From contig JAQGDQ010000036.1 in NCBI GenBank assembly GCA_030141605.1, positions 434,001-498,000 of the forward strand: a DNA stretch of 64,000 nucleotides. The letters are read 5' to 3'. The position numbers were made by a program, and so were the translations under genes. This document shows positions 1 to 41,280 of this stretch, piece after piece (position 1 is the first letter of the stretch; each line of letters opens with the position of its first letter). The notes beneath the pieces are model-generated. The model saw nothing but the letters and a program-made list of their open reading frames with translations, searched no databases and had not been told where the DNA came from. Source of the DNA: Tubiluchus corallicola (taxonomy: Eukaryota > Animalia > Priapulida).

Positions 1-414
1 TAAAATGCAGTAAAATGCATGTGTGGCCTAGACGTTCTGCCATTTAGCTGTGTCTGGTGGGAAAAATTAGCACGCACGCAAACTTATTAGTAAATTTTGT
101 TTGAACAGTGTATGTGCTGTAAACTTAACAGTCTCAAAACGAGCTAAAATAGCCTTACACCCTAAATTTTGGTAGGCCCTCAGAGTCCAAATACGGGTAA
201 CGAATTAAACAGATAATACTATATAATTTATATTGTGTTTAGTAAACAGGATAATCAAATTTAGGTTAAATGCAAGTAAATTTTATTTCATTTTTTGTGT
301 ATTGCCAATAAGCAGCTAAGTTGTACACATAGTAATTTCGTTATTCACTATACATCCACAGACATAGGTGTACGAGTTGGGGTCTGAAGCCAAAGAAAGC
401 AAAACCCTAGGGTA

Positions 415-1757
415 TTCAATCTATACAGTTACTCAAATTCTAAGCTCACTTTTAAATAAAAGATTACTTTAAAGTCTGGGGTAACTGAGATGGATTGAGG
501 CATTTTAGTTGATTGAACTCAGAAATGAGTCAGATTAGGTCCGTTATATTCGCAATATTGTCCTATGTTGTCAGGTGTGGCCCAAGGTTTAGTACTTGGC
601 CCCATTCTTTTTTTCATTTCTATTAATAACAACACATGTGTACCCCTATCTCCAATAAATTATTCGCAGATGATACCAAATTTTATTCTATTGTGAGTAT
701 AGTGGTGAGCTTCAAGATACACTGACTCGCTTTGGTGTCTGGTCTCTAAAGTAGTAGCTTTCTCTAGCTGCCGAGAAGTCTTCAGTTTTAAATATAGGGT
801 CGGACACTGATTTTGATTATGTGCTCGATAATATTATTCTTCCCACTGTCAGTAGTACGTGAGATTTGGATGTCATTATTGACGCTAGTTAAATTCATTT
901 TTAAGGAGCACTAAAATCGTTAAAAACGTATTTTATACTACTGATGAAACCTGTTCTTGAATATACCTTGCCAGAATGCATATCTTGGTCTTACCGATAA
1001 AATTGAACATGTGCAAAAACCATTTACACATTGGTTGCTTCTTAAGTATTCTAAAATGGATTGTCCATACAAAGAACGATTATGTACACTCAGTATGGAC
1101 CCAGCTAGAACTGAGAAGCTTATACAGCCTAATTATGGTTTTCAAAATCGTTAGAGTTGATCGAGGTTTAATTGATGCATTTGAATGTTGCAGTAATTCA
1201 CACTTAGTTCGGCCAGTACAAGAGGTCAACTTTATATAAACTTCTTCTTGACTATAGGTGTAACAAAACTGTAAGGCAAAACTCTTTCTTTGTCAGAACT
1301 ATATCGCTTTGGAATTCCCTTCCCTAACTCTCATGTTATCACAACTCCTTTGATCTTTAGCTTAATTCCTTCAAAACCTCTCTGAAAATTGTAATTTCAA
1401 TCATCATCTCAAAATTTTTCCACAGTTTAGGGAATGCTCTTCCTAATGGTCTACTGAATTCCCATGTACTTTTAAATATTAATTTTACAATAGTCACTAT
1501 AACGATTTATATGGTCTATCTGTAAGGAATTTATATGGTCCATCTGTAAGGTTGTTTATAAATTTTTCACCCAAGTGTCTTTTTTGCTTATATCTTTCAT
1601 AATTAGTTTATAAAATTTTAGATGATCAATACTTTTATTGTACTTACCTGAATGTGTAAAGTTGCTGTAAATGCGATTTTGTGCACCAGAATTTTTTGTG
1701 TTTTAAGTGCTGGTTGCTTCAGTTCAGCCCTTTTAACTATATGTAATAAATAAATAA
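415..1757 (+). mobile_element. Degenerate, 5'-truncated CR1/L2-group non-LTR retrotransposon (RT region to 3' end)
   Basis: Translates with frameshifts and stops to RT motifs SGVAQGLVLGPIL (571-609; cf. GVPQGSVLGP) and LFADDTK (660-680). A C-terminal 'NSFFVRTISLWNSLP' motif lies near 1280-1325, and the element ends in taataaataaataa (~1744-1757). Confidence 0.85.
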
Positions 1758-1921
1758 TTTATTTGTGCATTACTTCATTATTACTTTGTGTTAAAAGTGC
1801 AAGATAAAATTCGATTCAATTCAATTCAATGATGAAATTACCCTAATAAATTGAACTGACTTGAATGGAAGTAATGGCGGTAAACATGAAAATAGTGAAA
1901 TTATGTGTTTTTTATCACCCA

Positions 1922-31307
<29,386 letters not shown>

Positions 31308-31500
31308 CAGACATGAAGCTGTCCATTTTTGTATCTGTACTTTATAACTATTTATTTTAGTCTGCAATTTAAGGTTTACACTTTATTTATGAAAATTGCT
31401 ATGGCAATTACAGTTGACAAGCAAGAGAAACAACTACGTTCCGTCCATATGATTTAAAAGAAAGCATGTACACTGGTTGACTTTATATTTTTTATTAACT

Positions 31501-31506
31501 ATTAAA
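31501..31506 (+). terminator. Candidate polyadenylation signal (ATTAAA) for TMEM67
   Basis: ATTAAA ~195 nt after the stop codon, followed by a GT/T-rich tract. Confidence 0.4.
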
Positions 31507-31736
31507 TGTTTGTGTTTTTATTTTGGTGTAATTTTAATCTGTTTTTCTTCAAGCAGAAAATTATTTTCTATATGTATTAATTTGCAACGCTGTGGATTAA
31601 CTGTTGAGGAAGGCTGATCTTTGATCAAAGCATCACATTTCTTAAAGTGATTATCTATGTAATTAATTTGGGATGGGTGATACAGGGTTATATATATATA
31701 TATAACTACAAACCCTGTATCACCCAACCCATATTA

Positions 31737-31790
31737 ATATATATATATATATATATATATAGATAGATAAATAGATAGATAGATAGATAT
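31737..31790. repeat. Compound (TA)n(GATA)n microsatellite
   Basis: Directly visible. Confidence 0.9.
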
Positions 31791-33095
31791 AAGATTCAAG
31801 ACTACAGCTCCAACTATGGCACCATTTTATTGATCCACATATCAAATGAAAGGTTTCGATCTAGTGTCGTCTCATTGATGGCTTATTTTTCGAATTGGGG
31901 CCACCAGGACAAAGGGCGAAAAACCTCCAAAAGTGGCCCCTTTTTACCTGTTTTTTGGAAAACTTATACTTCTTATTTTTAGAGAACGGGAACGTCCCAG
32001 AGGGGTTGTGACTATGACGGTTGGATAGCCCATTCAGTGGTAGGTGTGACAGCCGCATTTAGATTTCACGTTAGAAGCCACGTTTTCTCGGAAGGATACC
32101 CAACAGGAAGAAGATATCTAGCTCTTTGGAAAGAGGAGGAACAGAGACGTGGGTTTCTTTTGAGGATGGCTCCAAGAGGATCGGCTATAAGTTGATTGGG
32201 GTTCCATTTCAGAATATTCTAGCATGAAAAACTGCTGATGCAAAGCCATTGTTCCATAGTACTCTGCCTTTAACAAAGCTTCAGTATAATTAAGCTGCTG
32301 GCAGTTAAACTTGTATCTGTTAAGAGTTAGCACACTACATTCAATACCGTCATTATGGTAGTAGCAAACAAAGACTACGTAGAATGTTCGCACATTGATA
32401 ATTGGTTGATGAGTCTAATAGTGTTTGTCACTGACACAGTTTCACATAGTGCAAAAGGTTTTTGCCTGGTTTCACTACGCTATTGTTTTTCTTGTTGTCA
32501 TTGCTGTTGTTGTAGTCATCAACATTGTCAGTGGTGGCAGCAGCATGATGAGGTGCAGTGTGGTGTGAGTGATATGTAATGTGGTATGGATTTTCATTAG
32601 TTTGTGCTCAAAATCATTTTGCAGGGTTTGACTATTAATATTAGTGTAATATTAATACACTAATAAGGTACATATGTAATAATTTATTAACAATGTAGAT
32701 TAATTGTCGAGTGAGAGTCTGATCATTTGATAAAGCATCGCATTTCTTGATACAAAACTATAATACAAAAAGCTAAAATAAATGTAAACCCAAAAATACA
32801 TCAAACACCAAGTCGGTGTCAGATGTTGAATTAAATCAGTTCATAATTCTGCAAGATTTGATATTTGTAAATAAAGATAAGTGTAGACGATGTGAAAATA
32901 TGTGACTTTTCTTTTCTTAATATTTATAAATAATAAGTCAGAATTTCAACAGGCTCCAATATTTCATGTATAATTAAAAGCAAATCATTCTTTTAATGTC
33001 ATTGCATTTATAAAAGTTTGTAACCCCCCGCCTACTACATAAGAAAATCAAAACATCATTAACAGGAAAACACATCAAAAATATAATCATAATTT

Positions 33096-34219
33096 ATCGT
33101 TTTAGTGACTGGGCAACCCAAAAAGTCGAACTTTTTAGCGGCAAATCCAAATAGAAGGTGACAGAAATGGGAAATAGATGGCTGACAGAAAAGACCGACC
33201 TAAAGTAGCCAGAAAAGGTCGACTTTTGTGTCACCTGGTTGGCCCAAAAAATGTCCTCTGGGTGGACCAGACACAAATGGGCAACATAGAAATGGCAAAA
33301 AAGTCGATCTTTTCCAACTGCTATAAGTGAACCTAAATCAATCTTTTTGTGTTACCCTAAAAGGTCGATCTTTTTTCATGTCATCCTTCTACTTGACATT
33401 TCTGTGTCAGTTATCCGTTTTCTGTCTTCCATTAATAGGTAGTAGGTACTCCCAGCAAACAAAATATTTTCACAGTTTCTTGAAAATGTTTCAAAAAGGG
33501 TCGTAAAAACATTTTATAAATACTTTATTAATATTAAAAGGTGTTATTTCCAAAATATTTTCTAGTTGTTTTAATAAAATATCTTAATAATATAGTGTCA
33601 ACATTGTTAAAACGTTTTAAAAATGTATTTGGTCTCCAAAATGTCTCATTGGTGTCATAAAATAATATTGATGATATAATAATGACAGCTAATAGTAATG
33701 GAGCAAAGGACACGTACATGTCCATGCTAGATCTTCATTCTCGAGATTCTCTAATTTATTCCTGCTGAAATACGATTTGTAATGATAGGTAACAAATCAC
33801 CATTGAATTGAATTAAAAGTTGAATGTGATTGTGGGCCTTAAACCGAAATGTTGTAACCTGTATTTGTTCAATTAAATTCCAAAATAAAAAATTACTTTA
33901 ATCTTTAATCTAGTGTTTTTATAATACACTAGATGTTACCAAATGTTAAACATTTTTAAGACTTCATTATAGTTTGAATGGGAGATACCTTTGAACAGCA
34001 TGTCGTCTAGAAAGATAACAATATAGCGTTCTAATTAAACCCAGATGTTTTTTCGGAAGGAGAAAGTGAAAGCAAGAGACAGAAAGAAGAGTTTTTAATT
34101 CTGTTTGGCCTATTTAGGAGTAGCACACGAAGGTCAGTATTTCTGGGTCACCCTAGATCGAGCAAAAAGGTCTAACGGACCTGTAGCCCAGTCGACCTAT
34201 TTTGGGGCACTAAAATGAT
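33096..34219. mobile_element. Degenerate TIR element with AAAAGGTCGA(C/T) subterminal repeats, possibly carrying a nested insertion from ~33450
   Basis: Left end atcgttttagtg...cccaaaaagtcga versus right end gtcgacctattttggggcactaaaatgat (imperfect inverted match); four or more aaaa(g)gtcga motifs at 33120-33370. Confidence 0.5.
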
Positions 34220-34493
34220 CAATTATAAATATAGTTACCATATTTTGCTTTAATTTACAGTCAGAGTCACTCACTAAATAATTATATTATTTTTGATGTT
34301 AGAAACAACGCTTCACTTTAACTAATAATTCATAATAGCACTGCTAATGACCATCTCAGTTCAGTAACAGACTAATAAATCGTCTCTCGAAAAACAATAT
34401 TATGGCAGCAAAATATTATTTTTTTCTTTGATGGCTAGTTTTAATTCCTATGTGACCGTGAAGACTATTGAATAACTTGCTGAGTATTCAATT

Positions 34494-36079
34494 TCACATT
34501 CTATGTGCAGTATCCAATCCAATTGCTTTCCCTGGAGGTAACAAAATTCTTGGTTTGTGTCTCAACTGTGATGAATGTTCTATAATATTACTGGATACCT
34601 TTGGTAACACACATTTTTGTTTTTCATTTTTTAATTCATTTGGTTGTTCTATAATGGATGACTTAATACTTGCATCTTTGTTTCCTACTTTTTCATCAGC
34701 TGTCAGTGGCATGCCATTCACTGTATTAATCTGTTGTGCATCAGTTTTTGCATAATCTTCTGGAACAGTATTACTATTGTAAGTAAGATGCTGTGCTGTT
34801 GCCAATGACGGGGTGAAAGTTGGAATGGAAGTAGCATTTACATGCAGAATATTTGACTGATCACCTATAGGTGATTCTTGGGTCTTATGTAGTGTATTTG
34901 TATTGGGTATTAAGGGTTGTGCAAAGGCTTGTGGGTAAATTGACATTTGTTCGATACTTGGTCCAGTGATGTAGTATGTGTGTGCAGGTTCTGAATGTTG
35001 AAATAAGGGAATGTACCCAGTAACTGCTTCAGCAGTACAATTACTATCATCTGCACGTGTATAAAATGTCTGGCCAACTTCGCTAACATTATAAAGTAAA
35101 TGCATAGCTGGTTGAGCAGAGTTTAAAGGCTCTACATTAACAACTATACTAGAACTTGACGAAGCATTGTTTGTTAATGAATTGACATTAGACTGCCTTT
35201 CATCTGTCAGGGTTTGCAATTCTGTACTTGAGTCTTTGTCTTCTTTAGTATTTGCTTTAGCTTTTGTTCTACCTCGCCTAGCAGTATCAGTGTTGTCAAT
35301 AGCATGTTTTTTCCGCTCATGTCTGCGCAAATGATGTTTATGACGGAAGATAAAACCACAAAATTCACATTCAAATTTTGGCACCTGACTAGTCTCATGA
35401 GATCTCATGTGAGCTCTACGCATAGTCTCAGTTTTAAACTTCCAAGGACAGTCACTATATATACAACTAAAAGGGCGACTTGGATCATGGACCCGCATAT
35501 GTTTTGTTAAATTAGATCTTTCTCCATAAGCATTGCCACAAATTTCGCAAATTAGGCAACCTTTAGAATGAATCTGTCGATGACTGTGTATTGCGGCATG
35601 ATTATCTGAGGTAAAATCACAAGTTGAACATTGAAACTTGTCTCCTGGCTTTAGATGTGTCCGTTTGTGTTGACTCAGATTAGATTTTGTCTTGAATGCT
35701 TTACCACATTTATCACAGATGCATGGTTTCTCATTGCTGTGGGTCACAAGATGCTTCTTCAAAGACTGTTGGAATGCAAACACTTTGCCACATTTTTCAC
35801 ACTTTATCTCTTTCGACTTCTTTTTGCAACGAGTACTATTAATTTTTGGGAATGACAAACTGGTAGTGTTGCTCTCTGCCTGTTGACTTAGCACATTGTT
35901 TCGGTTTCTCTCCTCACTTTTGCAATTAATTGAATTTTCATATTCACTCCCATATGTTGCTTCATCAAGTGTTTTGCGTCTGTTTATTCGATGTCTAACG
36001 TGAAGATGACGTGTTAATGGGTCTGATGCCCTAAACATTTTGTCACATAGAGGACACACATAATGCTTTCCAAATTTAT
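34494..36079 (-). CDS. C2H2 ZF gene, large terminal exon
   Basis: Open frame with 7 C2H2 fingers; stop at 34494-34496. Confidence 0.92.
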
Positions 36080-37538
36080 CTAAATAAAACAAAATAACAA
36101 AAATGAAACATTAATTTGTTATTGTATAATTATATTTAGCAATACTTATCTCAATGGAGTTTTCCATTGTTTTTAAAAATGACAGGTTTACGGAATGGTG
36201 GCACATTAGTTGGTATCATATTTTCTATGCTTCAGAAGAATACACTTGCTAGGGTGAGCACCTGCCATGTGATTCACTACAGAGTTTCACATTCGACTTA
36301 TGGTGGATTATATAATATAAAAGCACAAACTCGATAAAAAATAAACTGACAAACTTGATTCACCAAAAGCAAAAAATAGTACTAATAATCTCTAGTTTAA
36401 CGTTTTGGATGGTTTATAATTGATAATGATCACTGCGCAGCTCTGCAAAAAAGTATGCTCCAGCACCTGGCACGACAGGTGTTTACATTGCATTTAACAG
36501 AATGACATCATTTGTTGTTCAAAATGAGCAAGCCCACGCGTGAAATGATTGTGACTTTAAATTGGTTTTGCTAATTACACGAGGTATTCATCACTAAACA
36601 TCCTAACATTTTTCTTAAAGATTAAAATAAGCTGAACTTCCTGAGAGCCTTGGTTTTTTCCTTAAGTAGCCCTGCCACACAAGTAGCCTTGGATTCTAGT
36701 TGCAGAATGACGAACTGTAGTAGGAAACGTTTGTTCTATGTAACCACCATTGTTGTTAATGTGACGATATAGCCATGCTATGCATGTAGGGTTGCCAGAT
36801 GTCGGATATGTCCCACATTTGATGATTTTGTCCCGTCCCGTACTGACCTTTCAGGGACATCCAAATGTTTCGTATTTATTTCATTTTCAAATTCAGTTTC
36901 ATTTTCATTTTAGCTACCAGTTGCGTAACTAAATTACGTAGTATTGTAAACAAAAGCAAGGCTGTGACTGCCTCCAGGTGCAGTTATGACAATTTGCTTT
37001 CAGCTGTTTACATTTACAAACACTGAATTACATTAACTTTGATTTGTTTGATACTAAATCACTAAGCTATTGCTGGGTGAACACATGTATATAAAAATAC
37101 ACCTGATAGTTAACACTGGCGGCCACTGCTAATACTAGTAGAATACCTAGTTTGCTCGCCAACTAAGGAAAGCAACGCTTACATAAGCGCTTTCTTGCAA
37201 TTATAAAATAAAAAAAATATGTACCGGGAAATTATTGCATACAGACACCGTCGTAATTTTCGCAAACAATTCAAACGCATTAATTTAATAATCTAAGGTT
37301 TACAATAATAACTGTTACTACAGTATGTTATCAAGAGGCGTTACTCACGTTCAACTTGATGATACAAAAAATCCTTTACATCTTTAAACTCTTTTCTACA
37401 CTCTCCACATATAGAAAAAGAATTAAAACCCAATGAAATTGTCTGTGCGACAGGTTTCTCCCAATGTTCAATAACTGCTGGAGATTTTCTATTTTCCGTT
37501 TTCACACCAGTAAATACACACTTCTCATCATGCGCCAT
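34494..37538 (-). CDS. C2H2 zinc-finger protein (8 fingers, low-complexity S/T/N/Q C-terminus), 2 coding exons, ~591 aa
   Basis: Exon 1 is 37538-37349 (ATG; an alternative in-frame ATG lies at 37574) with donor C|gtgagt. Exon 2 is 36079-34494 after a tttatttag acceptor. The splice junction C+AT creates the His that completes finger 1 (CGEC...HQVEH). Seven further fingers follow, with SNEKPC/PSRPF linkers. Confidence 0.9.
36787..36870. mobile_element. hAT-like MITE terminus in the ZF gene intron
   Basis: TAGGGTTGCCAGATGTC start followed by tgtccc/gggaca subterminal motifs; partner end not clearly identified. Confidence 0.45.
37349..37538 (-). CDS. C2H2 ZF gene, first coding exon
   Basis: MAHDEK...ICGECRKEFKDVKDFLYHQVE; canonical gtgagt donor; phase 1 matches exon 2. 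Confidence 0.8.
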
Positions 37539-39660
37539 GTCTGTTTGCCTTGACGTCCCATTGTGGGAACGCATTGGAATAACCAAAAATACGTATTTAT
37601 TATATTTTTGTTGGCATGACTTATTATTAATATTATCATGTTACTGAATAATAACTTTTTAATTGTAATAATTTGTTAAATTTGATTTTACATAAGCTAA
37701 TGATATTATAGATTTTTTTTCCGCTCATACCTACTCCTAGTTCCACTCATAGTTAAATTAAAAGTGACTTGTAGTTGTAGTGCATTTAAATGCAGACACT
37801 GTTCACTGTAATGTAGATGTTTGTCATTTAAATATAGACACTGTTCACTCGATCAAATGTGGTATTGTTCTCTTAACCATGGCAATACAATTATATGTGA
37901 AAAGTATAACGCTTTTATTATAGGTTTTTCCAGTTAAATGTAAAAGATAGTAACATCAAATTTGACATTAAATAAGACTATACGAACTTTCTTGTGCCAC
38001 CGATCGGTAACTAATCATCCATGTGTAGGCAATAATCACTTCAAACTCGACTTGGTACCGTAAGTGTAATTAACTAATCATCCAAATTTTATGTGATGAA
38101 AGATATGAGAATCAAGAAAATACCTCTTTTAAGATCTCTATGTTAATACAGCTTTACGAGCGAGAAGTGCACATTTTTTGCTAAATACCAATTTTGCCCC
38201 TTGGTTTTTACAATGCAAAAAGTAGCCGAAAGTAACTTTCAAATGCTAACAAATTATTCCAGATCATTGGTATCTTTTGTCTTATTTGCAAGCCTAAGAC
38301 TTTTATCGCTTGATATGTAAATGGCTTGCTGTACATGCACTGAATAGTGAATACATGTAACAATGCTGCTGTTTTGTTAAAAAAACTTAAAGCATTGCAT
38401 GACAGACAAAGAACGTAAAATTATTATAATGCAAACAAGAAAACTCAGCCAGAAAATTTACACGTACAGCCTAGCTATAAGTGCATCAGTCATGCAAAAT
38501 TATTGCTGACTATTCGGCCATCACGTTCGAGCTCTTTTTGCTTTGAGTAGAGCTAGAAACAAAAAATATACCATAATTATACAGTGCACGACTTCACGTG
38601 GCCAATAAAGATCTGCGTGATTATGTCTACGTCTGTATTCATATCTATGTCTATATTACTCATCCGGTAAGCTGTTGACCAAGTAACTCCTTTGGAAATG
38701 AAATGTAGTCTTCTCCTATATCGTATGATTATCGGATTCTCTATTTATCAGCATGAATTTTTTGTAACGCATATCGAAAACTTAAAGAAAGCTTAATTAG
38801 GCCTAGTCTAGATCAAGTACTAGTGTTCGAAAAGTCAATGTCTGCATGATTCTTATGCATTAAGTGTAATATAGCTGATGTGGAACAAATTATTTTTGTT
38901 CTAATAATAGAAAACTAATAGTTATTTTTTAACTTGGGTTTTTCACCCCTAATCAACAGTCTACGTAGGTGATGAATTTGTAAGACAGACAGAAATACGT
39001 ATACGCGCACTTTTAAACCTGCGGTATTTGACTGATTATGTCACAATTCGCATTCGGATGACCTAAAGCAACCATTGAATTTTCGTTACACGTCACAGAA
39101 TCATTATTCACTGTTGTCAATAGGATGACCTAGTGATATTTAAATGACTTGAATGTCGTGTTACATGCATTCACAGTGGAAAAAACCATAAATAAACCAG
39201 AATAGGTATGCACGCTGGAGTTTTATTTTCACTTTCGTTTTATTTGGTGTTCCACTCTTTTGTCTCAGGGACAAATTGCGGAAAATATGATTTTTGGCAA
39301 ATTCTACTACATTCGAGTGTTAAAAGCAAAATCTATATTGTGCGATGCAGGATTTCTAGAAACACGCAATTATTTAACACGTAAAAATAAATAGACCTAC
39401 TGTACAAAATTTAAGGAATTTAATCCACATACAACGGTGATTATAATGTCCTGTGCAGTTCGTTACACTTTTGCGGCATGCTAGGCCTATGTAGTACCCA
39501 TTTAGAATTACCATAGGGACCTATTTGTAGGAAAATTTGTTCATATATTTGCTAACTTGCCACTCTAATCTTAAATTAATGATGTTAAAAATTTTCTTTG
39601 CTTAGTGAATCGGAAGCAGCTTAATTTTGCAAAAAAACCTGTTTCCTTCTAAAAAATAAT

Positions 39661-40653
39661 NNNNNNNNNNNNNNNNNNNNNNNNNNNNNNNNNNNNNNNN
39701 NNNNNNNNNNNNNNNNNNNNNNNNNNNNNNNNNNNNNNNNNNNNNNNNNNNNNNNNNNNNNNNNNNNNNNNNNNNNNNNNNNNNNNNNNNNNNNNNNNNN
39801 NNNNNNNNNNNNNNNNNNNNNNNNNNNNNNNNNNNNNNNNNNNNNNNNNNNNNNNNNNNNNNNNNNNNNNNNNNNNNNNNNNNNNNNNNNNNNNNNNNNN
39901 NNNNNNNNNNNNNNNNNNNNNNNNNNNNNNNNNNNNNNNNNNNNNNNNNNNNNNNNNNNNNNNNNNNNNNNNNNNNNNNNNNNNNNNNNNNNNNNNNNNN
40001 NNNNNNNNNNNNNNNNNNNNNNNNNNNNNNNNNNNNNNNNNNNNNNNNNNNNNNNNNNNNNNNNNNNNNNNNNNNNNNNNNNNNNNNNNNNNNNNNNNNN
40101 NNNNNNNNNNNNNNNNNNNNNNNNNNNNNNNNNNNNNNNNNNNNNNNNNNNNNNNNNNNNNNNNNNNNNNNNNNNNNNNNNNNNNNNNNNNNNNNNNNNN
40201 NNNNNNNNNNNNNNNNNNNNNNNNNNNNNNNNNNNNNNNNNNNNNNNNNNNNNNNNNNNNNNNNNNNNNNNNNNNNNNNNNNNNNNNNNNNNNNNNNNNN
40301 NNNNNNNNNNNNNNNNNNNNNNNNNNNNNNNNNNNNNNNNNNNNNNNNNNNNNNNNNNNNNNNNNNNNNNNNNNNNNNNNNNNNNNNNNNNNNNNNNNNN
40401 NNNNNNNNNNNNNNNNNNNNNNNNNNNNNNNNNNNNNNNNNNNNNNNNNNNNNNNNNNNNNNNNNNNNNNNNNNNNNNNNNNNNNNNNNNNNNNNNNNNN
40501 NNNNNNNNNNNNNNNNNNNNNNNNNNNNNNNNNNNNNNNNNNNNNNNNNNNNNNNNNNNNNNNNNNNNNNNNNNNNNNNNNNNNNNNNNNNNNNNNNNNN
40601 NNNNNNNNNNNNNNNNNNNNNNNNNNNNNNNNNNNNNNNNNNNNNNNNNNNNN
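39661..40653. other. Assembly gap (993 N)
   Basis: Run of N between the divergent ZF and BANP genes. Confidence 1.
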
Positions 40654-41039
40654 TAGCTAGTCTATATATAGTTGAAATATCAGCAAAACTCGCCTACTAT
40701 CCCCCAGCTAGCGTGTTTGCTTTAAGGCGCATCGTGTAATTTTAGTGACCATTGCAAGTAATCACGGCAACAAAATTTATCGTGTTATACACACTTAAAA
40801 AGCGTATAAAATCCTCTACCTAACCATGTAAATTTATTGTCAGGTGTTTCCATCGATGATCGAGAAAATAATTAAAGAAAAATTCAAATCCGAGTTGATA
40901 CTTTTGGCAGAGATGCTTTCACGAGAATTTAAAGCGTTTGCCAGGTTATAACTTATAATTTGAAATTCGATATCGATCATAAGTCGTAAAATTTTCTTAT
41001 CGGTTGTCAAAAGATAGCATGTTAATTTCTTGTTGTTTA

Positions 41040-41280
41040 ATGCTAATATACGGGCGCGCATTAGACCGGAGACGATGAGATGAATCCAATGTATTCATTG
41101 CTACCATACTACTCTGTGGTAATTGATCATGAATGCGTAATATCGTTGATTTTCGTAATCACAATTGTGCCTGCTAGATGGCGACAAAAACAGTCCTGCT
41201 CTCAATAATCGGAGTCACGCAAATCAAACGAGAAGCCATCTTATCGCGAGTTCACAATTTTTGCGTTATCACTAAGGTAA
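41040..41280 (+). promoter_or_regulatory. Putative BANP promoter and non-coding first exon
   Basis: Locally CpG-rich. YY1-like agatggcg (~41176) and gccatctt (41235-41242). CGCG/BANP-like TATCGCGAGT at 41242-41251. Donor-like AAG|gtaaat at 41277. The BANP ATG exon starts at an acceptor (ttttag|G ATG, 43880), so an upstream UTR exon is required. Confidence 0.5.

Noticed and set aside
36080-36092. ORF-track start 'MFYLD' for the 532-aa ZF ORF
   Set aside because: A non-ATG start inside the intron's pyrimidine tract; the real frame enters by splicing at 36079
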